In this document: positions 38,086 through 48,061 of the stretch, in pieces
How positions within the stretch are numbered: position 1 is the first letter of the stretch
Layout: each line of letters starts with the position of its first letter
Assembly: GCA_016840165.1 (NCBI GenBank)
Contig: JAEOSU010000072.1
Location: 32,001-96,000 of the forward strand
Origin: Promethearchaeota archaeon
GTDB lineage: Archaea > Asgardarchaeota > Lokiarchaeia > Sigyniarchaeales > SOKP01
Reading direction: 5' to 3'
DNA length: 64,000 bases
Notes under the pieces: generated by a model
Database searches by the model: none
The model's input: the letters and a program-made list of their open reading frames with translations, nothing else
Told to the model about the DNA's origin: nothing
Made by a program: the position numbers and the translations under genes

Positions 38086-38180
38086 CAGTGATAATTATTA
38101 TGTAGTATTGAAGGATGAGTTAACATTTATATTAGCATAGAGTATAAAAGTTTAATTATTAAGGACATTTAAATAAAAAA

Positions 38181-39059
38181 ATGAGTGAAAAGAATTCTGA
38201 TCAGCCAGAATTACTCTTACGAGAAGTATTAAATGAAACAATTTTACGAGATGTATTGCTTTTTATCCTTCTATACTTATTTATGTTAGCACAAAATTGG
38301 GATAATTTATTGCTTCTTTTATTTCCAATTATCACTTTTTGTTTTGCGCTCTTTTTTCGTATTATTGGTACTAATAAACATAGATTAATTGATGAGCAAA
38401 ACCTAATTTCTTATAATCCTCTTGGAGCAGAAAAAAAAAATGCTGATCGATTAATCTTTATATCACTTCTAGAACTTATTTTGCTTTTTTGGATTGGCGC
38501 AGAATCATTATATCATCCTCAGCTAGTGGATGATTTTGGTTTTTATTTTAGTCTAATTTACTTTATGCTTTATTCATTCGGATTTTTCTGGATTTTTTTT
38601 GGTATCTGGAATAATTGTAAAATTATAACTAATTTGAATGGTTTGGAAAATAATGAATCAGGATATAAAAAATTGTTAATATCAGAGCTAGGATTTAATA
38701 AAATTAAATTAATTAGCTATCTTAATATTTTAATTTTTATTGCTTTTAATCTCATAAATACTATTTTAACCATATTGGTTTTTTTTGGAGCAGAAATAGG
38801 ATTTCCCTCCAACCTTCCTGGTTCGGGTATAGAAGATTCGCAACCATTATTCCTATCCTATAGTGTTTGGATAATGTTAATTGCTTTTCCTATTGCGAGT
38901 ATTTTCTATCTAATTTCAATTTATAGAGATGTAAATAGCTTTTCTGAAATAGAATTAAAATCAAAAATTAACTCTCTACCCAAGGAAATTCAAGAGAAAA
39001 TCATAAATAGCCTTAAAGCCATAAACCAAAAACTAAATAAGAATTCCACTGAAGAATAA
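38181..39059 (+). CDS. Hypothetical multi-pass membrane protein
   Basis: About 6 TM segments; no family recognised. Confidence 0.7.
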   Translation: MSEKNSDQPELLLREVLNETILRDVLLFILLYLFMLAQNWDNLLLLLFPIITFCFALFFRIIGTNKHRLIDEQNLISYNPLGAEKKNADRLIFISLLELILLFWIGAESLYHPQLVDDFGFYFSLIYFMLYSFGFFWIFFGIWNNCKIITNLNGLENNESGYKKLLISELGFNKIKLISYLNILIFIAFNLINTILTILVFFGAEIGFPSNLPGSGIEDSQPLFLSYSVWIMLIAFPIASIFYLISIYRDVNSFSEIELKSKINSLPKEIQEKIINSLKAINQKLNKNSTEE

Positions 39060-39276
39060 GAAAAAACGTAAAATAACGTAAACGTTTAAATAAAAAAATA
39101 AAAATAAACGTAGGATCTATGAAAAAATATGTAAAGATCATATTATTTTTCTATTTAGTAATGGGCATTTTTCTTGGAATAAACATAAAAATGTATGATA
39201 GAATTATTGAGTAATAAAAATTTATTAAAACTAAACCTATATCTATATTATTTATTGGAGTAAGATTCGAAGGGAC

Positions 39277-39804
39277 ATGGAACAAAGAAAGAAATTTCTA
39301 TTCAAAATAGTAGTTGTCGGAGATGGAGGGATAGGGAAGAGCACTATGATTCAGCGGCTTTTAACGGGAAAATATATTGCTCAGAAGATCACAATTGGAA
39401 CAGATCTCGCCAGTTATAGTGTAAAATTCGAGAATATCGATGTGAGGTTACAGATATGGGATTTTGCTGGTGAGAAAAGGTTCCGCTTTTTTCTCCCGAA
39501 TTATTCACGTGGTGCTCATGGATGTCTTTTATGTTACGATCTTACACGATATTCTAGTTTTGAACATCTACCCGAATGGTATAATATCGTTCATGATAAT
39601 AGCAATCCTATTTTTGTTCTTATTGGGGAAAAATATGATCTTGCTGAGATAAAACGTACGGTTTCTCGAAAAGATGCTGAAGAGTTTCAAAAAGAATACG
39701 ATATTCCTTACTTCTATGAGACTTCAAGTAAATCAGGATTTAATAATAATATAATTTTTGAAAAACTTACTAAAACCATTTTAGAGAAAAAAGATCTGTT
39801 ATAG
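39277..39804 (+). CDS. Rab-like small GTPase
   Basis: GDGGIGKS, TIGTD, LQIWDFAGEKRFR, GEKYD, ETSSK. Confidence 0.95.
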   Translation: MEQRKKFLFKIVVVGDGGIGKSTMIQRLLTGKYIAQKITIGTDLASYSVKFENIDVRLQIWDFAGEKRFRFFLPNYSRGAHGCLLCYDLTRYSSFEHLPEWYNIVHDNSNPIFVLIGEKYDLAEIKRTVSRKDAEEFQKEYDIPYFYETSSKSGFNNNIIFEKLTKTILEKKDLL

Positions 39805-39869
39805 TCTGTATATTAAGGGTAAGAATCCTAAAACAATCAATTTGGAAAAAAAGAATAAGAAATTTAGAT

Positions 39870-40811
39870 TTATTCTAAAATATCTTTTAATTCGTCAACA
39901 TTTAGTTTTAGATACTTTGCGGTTACTAGATCTTTTCCGAGGAGATTGAGGAAATTTTTCCTTCTCTTCTTATTGAGAAATTTTTTCATCTCACTTAAAT
40001 CTGGTTCTTTATTTGTGATCTCAAGTAATTTGCCTTTTACAGCAGCATCTAATACTTTTTGACCTATATCAGTTCTAATGATTAAGAATGCTTCTCCTGA
40101 ACCTTTAGGAGCACCCCATGGGCTATAAGAGATATCTGAAAATTCACCAGAAAAATCAGTACAGTAAGAGCATCCCGTCATCCCTCCAGAAGAGCATGCA
40201 AAGCCGATCTTTAATGATGTTCTTTCCGCTCCTGTGTTAAAATCTGATACTAAGATTTTTGCTAACCCTTGAAGATGGCATGGATTTCCAATTATACCAA
40301 TGTCTCTTTTCCTGTCTAAGTATGCCTTTCCAATTCCAGTAATTAAGGGCCCCGCATTATCCATTGTTTTCTCGGGAATATAGTTCTTCGCATCTTTTGC
40401 ATTATCCACTACAACTGGAAAAGCAACTGGTGGTTTTTTGCTTTTAGGTTCGCTTAAAACAAAGTGTTTTACCACCCCAGAATTAAATGCTGCAACAACT
40501 AAATTATAGAGAATATTGTCTTTATTTTTAGATTTAACTTGTACAATATCCTTATAAACGCCTACACCTAAATCCACTCGAGTTTGCCCAAACATTTTTT
40601 GTTCAATTTCACTTACTGGTAAGAATGTTCGGGGGCATGCATTATAGCATAAACCTATTGTCTCTGCACATTCATCCACGACATAAGCCTCGCCTGTTTC
40701 TTGACTGAAGTCCATATGCGGACAAAAAGCATTGCAACTTCCACAATGTATGCATAGACCTGCATAAATTACCTCATTTTCGAGGTCTTGGCTTGATTTT
40801 TCAACTTTCAT
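39870..40811 (-). CDS. Coenzyme F420 hydrogenase/dehydrogenase beta subunit (FrhB/FdhB)-like protein with N-terminal ferredoxin domain
   Basis: CIHCGSCNAFCP, CYNACPR, IGNPCH, IGFAC, CSYCTDF..EFSDIS, IIRTDIG. Confidence 0.85.
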   Translation of the reverse strand: MKVEKSSQDLENEVIYAGLCIHCGSCNAFCPHMDFSQETGEAYVVDECAETIGLCYNACPRTFLPVSEIEQKMFGQTRVDLGVGVYKDIVQVKSKNKDNILYNLVVAAFNSGVVKHFVLSEPKSKKPPVAFPVVVDNAKDAKNYIPEKTMDNAGPLITGIGKAYLDRKRDIGIIGNPCHLQGLAKILVSDFNTGAERTSLKIGFACSSGGMTGCSYCTDFSGEFSDISYSPWGAPKGSGEAFLIIRTDIGQKVLDAAVKGKLLEITNKEPDLSEMKKFLNKKRRKNFLNLLGKDLVTAKYLKLNVDELKDILE

Positions 40812-40875
40812 ATTTTTTTACTCAAAGATATTTTTTGAAATTATTAAGGAAAATCTACTATTGCAAATAAATTTA

Positions 40876-40891
40876 GTGTGAAATTTCACAC
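40876..40891. promoter_or_regulatory. Perfect 16-bp palindrome GTGTGAAATTTCACAC upstream of the frhB-like gene
   Basis: Self-complementary sequence 65-80 bp upstream of the ATG at 40811. Confidence 0.5.
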
Positions 40892-40935
40892 AGTCTTTTT
40901 TGTCAAGAAAAATATAGAAATAAATGAAAAAAAAT

Positions 40936-42912
40936 TTATTTTTTAATTCTGGTATGATTCCTTTTATAAATAACGATTACGGCGAAAAGACTCAATGTAA
41001 AAATAATGACAAGAAGATCGTAGCCAGGAATTCTGGAATCAATGATGGCAATGTTAGTTGTTTCGAAGTAATCAATATAATAATTTGGAACTTGAACAAG
41101 GACGAAATCCTTTACATCACTATAATCTAAGCTTATCCTATTGGGAAGTTGATCTACATCTATAGTGAGAGTTGTTGATCCATTAATCCAATGAAGTTCT
41201 TCGTATTCTAAATATGAGAATTGTCTATAAATCTGAACTGGAATCAATTGCGAGTAAGTATATTGATGCAAATGCTCGTTAATATCATAGATGGTAAAAG
41301 TTAGCATGTTAGTAGCCAAATCGAAAACAGCATTAGTTATATCATATTCAGGAAGATACGCGTTATCAAACCAGGGATAAAAGAACCAATCTAGTGAATC
41401 GCCGGTAATTATTTCGAACATATCTACCAGATCTGATAAATCTGCAATTTCAAAATAAAACTCTCGAAAGAATAATCTTAAAGAGTTAATGAAGGCTGTG
41501 TGTCCCAGAGTTTGGCGTAGTTTTTCAAGAACTGTATTCGCTTTTGTATAGCCAATGTACCAGTAATTTGTCCCACTAATTTCACATTCGGGAACTGATT
41601 GATTGATTTTATTTGGTAATCCCCATTCTATAGAGTATTGGCGCACTTTCTGCAGCCCCCAGTAAGGTTCAAAAATATGCCAATCAGGATGGTACACATC
41701 TTTGTACCAATCTGTTACCCAGCAGACAATTCCCTCATCTAAAAATCCCCAGTCAACCTCATCAACACCTAAAAGACTATAAAACCATTGATGTGCTGTC
41801 TCATGAGCAATAATACTCTCTAAATACCAATCTCTGCCATAACTGCCCGTATAATAATCTGCGGATTCGGTTATATAAACTTGCAGTGGATATTCCATCC
41901 CTCCATAATAAGTATATTCTTGGACTACATTAAAAGTTGAATAGCAATAGTCTCCAAAGGTGTTGTGATAAAGACTAAAAGCATCTACTGCAACATCTAG
42001 GGCAAATTCATGCCAAAGATCATTTGATTTCGAAAGAAAATAACAAGAAACATTGACATCAATTCCAGGTATTATATAGGATTCTATTTCAAAATATCGG
42101 GATGCGGAAAAGGTCGCTTCCCTCACAGGTAAGTGTGGATTATAGTGTAGGATGCTTCTTCCTGCTGTAGTTGTGTTATCCAATAATTCTCCAGTAGCTG
42201 CAACCTTCATTTCTTCGGGAACATTAATTATCAGATCATAATAAGCCATGTCAAAATAGAAAGGATCCCCTACTAGTAAATACGGATCAATATTCCATCC
42301 ATCATATTCGTCGTAGACACAAGGTTGAGGATAAGCACTGGCAAATTTGAAAATTCGTGTGTCATTATAATCCCACCCGTGTTCATTTGCTCGATCAATT
42401 CCTCCATCTGGCAATGTGGTGTTGAATGAAATGATAAACGATGTCCGATTAGTTGGTTGTAAAATTGATGTGAGGTTAACCCACATAAGTTGAATTCCTG
42501 AAAATACTTCAAAATCTAATTGTTGCCGAGGCTCTTCGACCGTAGTCACGTTTAAAATGTCCATGTTACCTGCTCTCGTATTAAATTGCATGCCACTTGG
42601 ATAAATGTGAAATGGTAGTTGAGTAAAATTTACTGGATCATTATTATAAAAATCGACTGTTAAGTTTCCCTCAACAGTAGACGAATCTTCATTCAAATAA
42701 AGAGAAAGATTATAGGAGGAGAATTCATAGCCCGTAAAATTTCCCTTCGAGAACTCATCATAGTTGGATGTAGTTAGTTTTGAATCAGGAGTATTTTCCT
42801 TTAATATATATGTTGATTGCATTCCATTTGGGACAAATATCATACCTAGAAATAAACAGTGAATGAAAACAATTAAAAGGGTTAAATTTATGCACTTAAT
42901 CTTATAATTCAT
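40936..42912 (-). CDS. Secreted M1-family aminopeptidase with Loki-CTERM-like C-terminal anchor
   Basis: N-terminal hydrophobic signal, GGMEY, HETAH...DEG, C-terminal IPGY + TM + basic tail. Confidence 0.9.
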   Translation of the reverse strand: MNYKIKCINLTLLIVFIHCLFLGMIFVPNGMQSTYILKENTPDSKLTTSNYDEFSKGNFTGYEFSSYNLSLYLNEDSSTVEGNLTVDFYNNDPVNFTQLPFHIYPSGMQFNTRAGNMDILNVTTVEEPRQQLDFEVFSGIQLMWVNLTSILQPTNRTSFIISFNTTLPDGGIDRANEHGWDYNDTRIFKFASAYPQPCVYDEYDGWNIDPYLLVGDPFYFDMAYYDLIINVPEEMKVAATGELLDNTTTAGRSILHYNPHLPVREATFSASRYFEIESYIIPGIDVNVSCYFLSKSNDLWHEFALDVAVDAFSLYHNTFGDYCYSTFNVVQEYTYYGGMEYPLQVYITESADYYTGSYGRDWYLESIIAHETAHQWFYSLLGVDEVDWGFLDEGIVCWVTDWYKDVYHPDWHIFEPYWGLQKVRQYSIEWGLPNKINQSVPECEISGTNYWYIGYTKANTVLEKLRQTLGHTAFINSLRLFFREFYFEIADLSDLVDMFEIITGDSLDWFFYPWFDNAYLPEYDITNAVFDLATNMLTFTIYDINEHLHQYTYSQLIPVQIYRQFSYLEYEELHWINGSTTLTIDVDQLPNRISLDYSDVKDFVLVQVPNYYIDYFETTNIAIIDSRIPGYDLLVIIFTLSLFAVIVIYKRNHTRIKK

Positions 42913-43001
42913 AGTAAAAAATTACCGATTAGGTTATTAATATTCTTATAAGTTAAGTAAACTAATAAAATAATGCATTCAATAAGAAGGGAGAGAAATA
43001 G

Positions 43002-43298
43002 TTAACATTCTTCTTTATTGCTATCGTTTGAAAGGAAACGAGAACAAGTATCATCCGTTTTCTTGATAATATGTTCTCTATCTTTCCAAGTTATCCAGGT
43101 ACCGCCAGATTTCTCGAAATGAAAGCCCTCATATTGATCCACCATACTTTTGAGTGTTTTTTTGATAAAACTCCATGAGAATCCAGTTCTATCAACTAGT
43201 TCAGAAATAGCGATGGGATGATTAATCTCCAAATCTTGATTATAAAATTCAATAATCCTTTCTAATCCTGATTTTGGTGTTTTAACTTCGTGAGTCAT
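43002..43298 (-). CDS. Small winged helix-turn-helix protein
   Basis: ISELVDRTGFSWSFIKKTL HTH followed by a beta hairpin. Confidence 0.65.
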   Translation of the reverse strand: MTHEVKTPKSGLERIIEFYNQDLEINHPIAISELVDRTGFSWSFIKKTLKSMVDQYEGFHFEKSGGTWITWKDREHIIKKTDDTCSRFLSNDSNKEEC

Positions 43299-43307
43299 AG
43301 TTAATAC

Positions 43308-43327
43308 TACTCATCTTAACTTGAGTA
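43308..43327. promoter_or_regulatory. Inverted repeat TACTCA-N8-TGAGTA just upstream of the wHTH gene
   Basis: Lies 10 bp upstream of the ATG and downstream of a TATA-like element at about 43350-43366. Confidence 0.45.
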
Positions 43328-43408
43328 ATCTCATTTCCTACTTAAAATGAATATAAATTTATATATGAATGTTTACAATATAAGAAATCTCAATTGCTTT
43401 AAAACCGA

Positions 43409-44605
43409 TTATCTCATCTCAATAAATTTACCAGTTTTCATTAGCTCGCAAGGTTGTAAGTATTTAATACCTGATTGAGCACTCAGTTCTTCTAATATTT
43501 TACTCCATTTTTCATAATTTCTTCTACCCGGTCCGAATGGTCCTGGAAGATCCATTCCCGCTAGCATCGTATCGTCAATAGTTTTATAACTAGAAACTAC
43601 TCCCTCCTCTAAAAGCCTACATCCTTCGTTTAATTGAATAGCATAATAAGCCTCTTGATTTGATAATCCTGCTTTTCCTTCATGTTTAGTAACTGGTTTT
43701 CCTTCACTCCACTCGTAAATTCCTTTTCCTGTCTTCCTTCCTAAGTTACCTTCTTTAAGTAGTTTTGTAAGCGTTTTTCCTAGTTTAAATTCAGGTGATA
43801 TAGTTTCTGCAAAATAATTCATAGTATCACGTACTACATCAAGGCCAAAATAATCCCATTTAGCAAATGGCCCTAAACTTGGTGGAGAGACAAAATCATG
43901 ATCGATCTTTTCATAAGGAATGCCATTCTCTGTTGCCTGGTCCAATAACCAATTCATTAGAAGACTTGAAGTAATCGTTAACCGGTTAACTATGAATCCG
44001 GGGCTTTCCTTTTCTATTTTTGCTATATATCTTTTTCCTTTTAAAGCAGGTAATTTCAAACCAACTTCAATCCCAGTTTCAAATGTGGTATTCGATGTTT
44101 TCTCTCCTTTAATTACTTCTATTAATCTAAGTACAGGTATAGGAGTGAAGAAATGCATTCCGATTACTTGTTCGGGACGGTTAGAGGCCGCTGCTATTTT
44201 TGAAATACTCATTGTAGAGGTATTTGTTGCCAATATAGTACGCTTAGGAGCATAATTCCCCAATTGATTAAAAATTTCCTGCTTGAGATCCATGTTTTCC
44301 GGTACAGATTCAATCACTATATCGGCATTCTCAACTGCCTTTTTGATATCTCGAATAGTGAATAGATTTTGTTTGAGTAAATTTTGGGTACTACCTTTAC
44401 TCACCATACCCTTTAATTCCATTTTTTTTAAGCCATTTTCAATGAAATATAAAGCTTTATCTATTGTCTGCTGTGTTCTACTAAATAAAATGACTTTTTC
44501 AAAGCCAGCCATGAGTGCGACTTGCGCAATTTCACGTCCCATGGTTCCGGCACCTATCACTGTAAATTGTTTAATCCAATCAATATTAACCATTTTCTTT
44601 TTCAA
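43409..44605 (-). CDS. 3-hydroxyacyl-CoA dehydrogenase
   Basis: VIGAGTMG, IESVPE, NTST, GMHFF, PGFIVNR, LGRKTGKG. Confidence 0.94.
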   Translation of the reverse strand: MKKKMVNIDWIKQFTVIGAGTMGREIAQVALMAGFEKVILFSRTQQTIDKALYFIENGLKKMELKGMVSKGSTQNLLKQNLFTIRDIKKAVENADIVIESVPENMDLKQEIFNQLGNYAPKRTILATNTSTMSISKIAAASNRPEQVIGMHFFTPIPVLRLIEVIKGEKTSNTTFETGIEVGLKLPALKGKRYIAKIEKESPGFIVNRLTITSSLLMNWLLDQATENGIPYEKIDHDFVSPPSLGPFAKWDYFGLDVVRDTMNYFAETISPEFKLGKTLTKLLKEGNLGRKTGKGIYEWSEGKPVTKHEGKAGLSNQEAYYAIQLNEGCRLLEEGVVSSYKTIDDTMLAGMDLPGPFGPGRRNYEKWSKILEELSAQSGIKYLQPCELMKTGKFIEMR

Positions 44606-44634
44606 CCTTAAAGACTTTCTAATAAAGAATTGCT

Positions 44635-45690
44635 TTAATTAATTAAAGTTATAGATATTATAGACCATGATATTAACATCGTTGCTATACCCAGAAAGAT
44701 TGATATTGGCAGTCCTGGTAATACTTTGTTCCTTTTTAACCCAGAAATCGTAATTCCTGTTCCAATGATTATTGCGATTGCCGTAAATATCATGACAAGA
44801 ATATCATTTGTCTGGACTAATGCACTGGATGTTAACATACTATAAAAGGCAAGATCTCCTATACCAATTTCTAATTTTGAGGTATCATATTCAGCTTCTC
44901 CTTTACTTATCTTGGTTTCTACCTCATTATCCCCAACGTCATTTCCAGATTTTTCATCCGATGCAATCTCTATCATTTCTTTAATTGGTCCCCTCTTGTA
45001 GAGAACAGCAAAGAGGTCCCAGCATGAAATTCCAATAAGAATCGCCAGAGTCGTCCATAAAGGCATAAAAACACCCATAGAAGCTCCAATTAACAAACCT
45101 ATATATAATACAATAAAATTCTTGCTAATAATTGATTTTGAGGTAAAATACAAATAAAGTATAATAACTGTGAAAATACCAGATAAAATAGGAAGAATTA
45201 TATCTGTTAGGAGATAATATAGGTCAACAATGAATGAAGTTTCGGGAAACTGTATGAAAATAACATAGATAATAATAGAACCGAAAAATAGCGTTAATGT
45301 GAATCCTATTAGCGCAATACTCAATCCAAAAACATATTTTAAGATATTGATCCCCCTCCTCTTAATGATAAAGACTAGAATGAATCCGGATATCGCTGCC
45401 AATACAGTAAAGATAATACCATTCAAAATAGCCCCTAAAACACCATATTCTCCTTCAGGAAAATAACCTCCATCTATCTGGACATCTGCTATGGTAAAAG
45501 TAAGATATGCAAGGATTCCTGAAATTACAACGACAAGAATTATTGGTATTGGATAAAGTTTAGATAAAATACGGTATGTTGGTAAAAAATGGGGAACATT
45601 ATCTTTTTTAATTACTTCTTTTGGTTTCATAGCTTGATCTTGATCCTCGTCTTGATATTGATTTTCATAGCTATTATCTTCTGAACTCAT
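44635..45690 (-). CDS. Presenilin-family GxGD intramembrane aspartyl protease
   Basis: WDLFAV..RGP, GIGDLAFYS, LPGLPIS, about 9 TM segments. Confidence 0.9.
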   Translation of the reverse strand: MSSEDNSYENQYQDEDQDQAMKPKEVIKKDNVPHFLPTYRILSKLYPIPIILVVVISGILAYLTFTIADVQIDGGYFPEGEYGVLGAILNGIIFTVLAAISGFILVFIIKRRGINILKYVFGLSIALIGFTLTLFFGSIIIYVIFIQFPETSFIVDLYYLLTDIILPILSGIFTVIILYLYFTSKSIISKNFIVLYIGLLIGASMGVFMPLWTTLAILIGISCWDLFAVLYKRGPIKEMIEIASDEKSGNDVGDNEVETKISKGEAEYDTSKLEIGIGDLAFYSMLTSSALVQTNDILVMIFTAIAIIIGTGITISGLKRNKVLPGLPISIFLGIATMLISWSIISITLIN

Positions 45691-45854
45691 AAAGTTGTCA
45701 ACTAAAATTAATATCTTAATTTGCTTTAATTTATGTAATTAATTGTATTAAATAGTCATAAACTTAAATATGTAATAGTAATAGGAGATAGTAGTCAAAT
45801 TAATAAATTCATTGTATTAAACAAAAAAAAAATTACCCTTAAAGATCTGATCAT

Positions 45855-46502
45855 ATGCTAAATAGTGATTATAGAAACATATTATACCCATGTAATTTAG
45901 GAATCACACTATCAGCAGATTTTTCAGAATCCTTAACCGAAAATCTTACACGGTTTATAAATGGAGCATTTGATTCATTCTTTTATAATATATATGTGAA
46001 TAAGTGGAGCCTTAACCAACATTTTATAGTAAATCTTGGAAGAGAAGAAAATATACGCAAGAATGAGCAATTTAATGAGACAGTTACATTGTATCCAACA
46101 AATATATTTTACGCATCTCTAAAACGTATACAAAATCTTCATCGTTATTCAACTTTTAGACTAGGAATAACTAATTTACCTTTATATTCAAGTACAAAAA
46201 AGAATCTGATATTTCTCTATGGAGAAGCTCATATTAATCGAAAATGTGCGGTTGTTTCAACTTATAATTTAAGAGATATTCAAATGAATTTACAGAATGA
46301 GCCTCCAATAGTTAAAGAGAGAATAATAAAGGAATCTATTCATGAACTAGGACATTTAATTTTAGGAAATAATCATTGTATTAATTCTGATTGCGTTATG
46401 AATTATTCTAATAATCTTCAAAAAGTAGATGAAAAATCTATATTCCCTTGTAATTCTTGTGATGAAAAACTTAAAGAAATTAGAGAAATCTATAATTTTT
46501 AG
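45855..46502 (+). CDS. Archaemetzincin (M54) zinc metalloprotease
   Basis: KESIHELGH...HC...CVM..S....D.K...C..C. Confidence 0.88.
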   Translation: MLNSDYRNILYPCNLGITLSADFSESLTENLTRFINGAFDSFFYNIYVNKWSLNQHFIVNLGREENIRKNEQFNETVTLYPTNIFYASLKRIQNLHRYSTFRLGITNLPLYSSTKKNLIFLYGEAHINRKCAVVSTYNLRDIQMNLQNEPPIVKERIIKESIHELGHLILGNNHCINSDCVMNYSNNLQKVDEKSIFPCNSCDEKLKEIREIYNF

Positions 46503-46514
46503 AAATATTACTAA

Positions 46515-47762
46515 TTAGAAAGTAACATTTGGTAAGGTATGGATGAACTCTTTTACTAATTCTACTCGATTCTTTCTATCTTCACGATTATATCTTAAGG
46601 GGTATAATTGATCTATGGTAAATTTGTATAGTTTAACCCATGTTTTCGCTATTTCACTCACTTTATATTGTTGAGCAATTTTCTTTGCATTATTTCCAAA
46701 CTCTTCTCTTAAATCATCATCTTTCATTAATTTAACGGTGGATTCCTTAAATTGGTCCATATTATTAGCTAAATAGCCAGTTTTTCCATGCCTTATGATA
46801 TTTCTTATTCCACAAGCATTAGCGCCAATTGAGGGTGTTCCTTGAGCCATCGCTTCAATAAGTACCAGCCCTTCCGCTTCGATCCATGACCATAAACATG
46901 AGAGATCAGCAGTATTATATAACTTTAATAGATCAGGAAATGGTACTCTACCTGCATAAGTGACAATGTCTTTGTATGCCTTTTTCTTAACTATTCTTTT
47001 CACGTTATCACTAGATGGTCCATCGCTTCCTACTAATATCAGATGGGCATCGGGAACCTCTTTTTGAATGTTTTTAAAAGTTTTTATCACAGTCATCGGA
47101 TGCTTTTCAGGAGATAAACGTGATGCATATAACATAACTTTTTTATCCTCTAAGCCATATTTTTCACGTATTCCGTTTTCTCTTACATCTTCGTAGTAGA
47201 GCTCATGGATACCGTTACTCATACATACTATAGGTTCTTTAAACCTATAATCTAACAATAAATCCTTTTTAGATTGTGTGGCAACATGAACAAAATCATA
47301 TTTATCCAGAATATGCCTTTCATAACGCCAAATGATATCAGATTTAGATAAAAGTTTTCCTACAACAGGGACATATTGAGCCGTATAATAATGCATTGGG
47401 CTATTATGAGTTCCTATCATCGGAATACCTAAATACTTAGACCAATTTATTGCCATTGACCCAAGCGTCGCATGGGTATGAATATGGGAAATATCTAAAT
47501 AATCATGTGGACAGAAAAAAATCTTTTGGATTGGAGCACTTAGTACAAATCCAGTTTTATCCCCAATAATTGCTCCTCCGATATCATGAAAATGAAGAGT
47601 AGGTGGTTTTTTATAACCATCTTGTATACGAGGAGCAAATACATGCACATGATGACCAAGCTTCGCGATTGCTTCTGATAAAAATCTTACAGCATGCGCG
47701 GTCCCATTAATTTGGCTGTACATACTACTAAAGAAGCCGATATTCAATGTTTGCTTAGCCAT
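46515..47762 (-). CDS. GT4-family glycosyltransferase
   Basis: QING, RLSPEK, EAEGLVLIEAMAQGTP. Confidence 0.9.
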   Translation of the reverse strand: MAKQTLNIGFFSSMYSQINGTAHAVRFLSEAIAKLGHHVHVFAPRIQDGYKKPPTLHFHDIGGAIIGDKTGFVLSAPIQKIFFCPHDYLDISHIHTHATLGSMAINWSKYLGIPMIGTHNSPMHYYTAQYVPVVGKLLSKSDIIWRYERHILDKYDFVHVATQSKKDLLLDYRFKEPIVCMSNGIHELYYEDVRENGIREKYGLEDKKVMLYASRLSPEKHPMTVIKTFKNIQKEVPDAHLILVGSDGPSSDNVKRIVKKKAYKDIVTYAGRVPFPDLLKLYNTADLSCLWSWIEAEGLVLIEAMAQGTPSIGANACGIRNIIRHGKTGYLANNMDQFKESTVKLMKDDDLREEFGNNAKKIAQQYKVSEIAKTWVKLYKFTIDQLYPLRYNREDRKNRVELVKEFIHTLPNVTF

Positions 47763-48061
47763 ACTGTTTCCCGAAGAATAAGAATATGTTTCATATAAGC
47801 GATTTATGATTATATAAATGAGTATCTAGGTTAAAAAAGTACGCTTTTATTAAAATTTCGGGCGTTTTTTAATAAAAATACGAAATCATAAGACTTATAA
47901 GGTGGTATTTAAGTTTTACATAACGATACGACATTCAGAGATTTAATTGTTGAATTATTCTATAGTTACATTTATTTTTTTATTTTTAATAATCTCTAAT
48001 ATTTATTACTAAACAAACCATACTTAATTCTAACAGAAGTATATTGGAATTTTTATTTAAT

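Noticed and set aside
40876-40891. Assignment as a CRP or Rex box
   Set aside because: Half-site spacing is N4 rather than N6; kept only as an unassigned operator.
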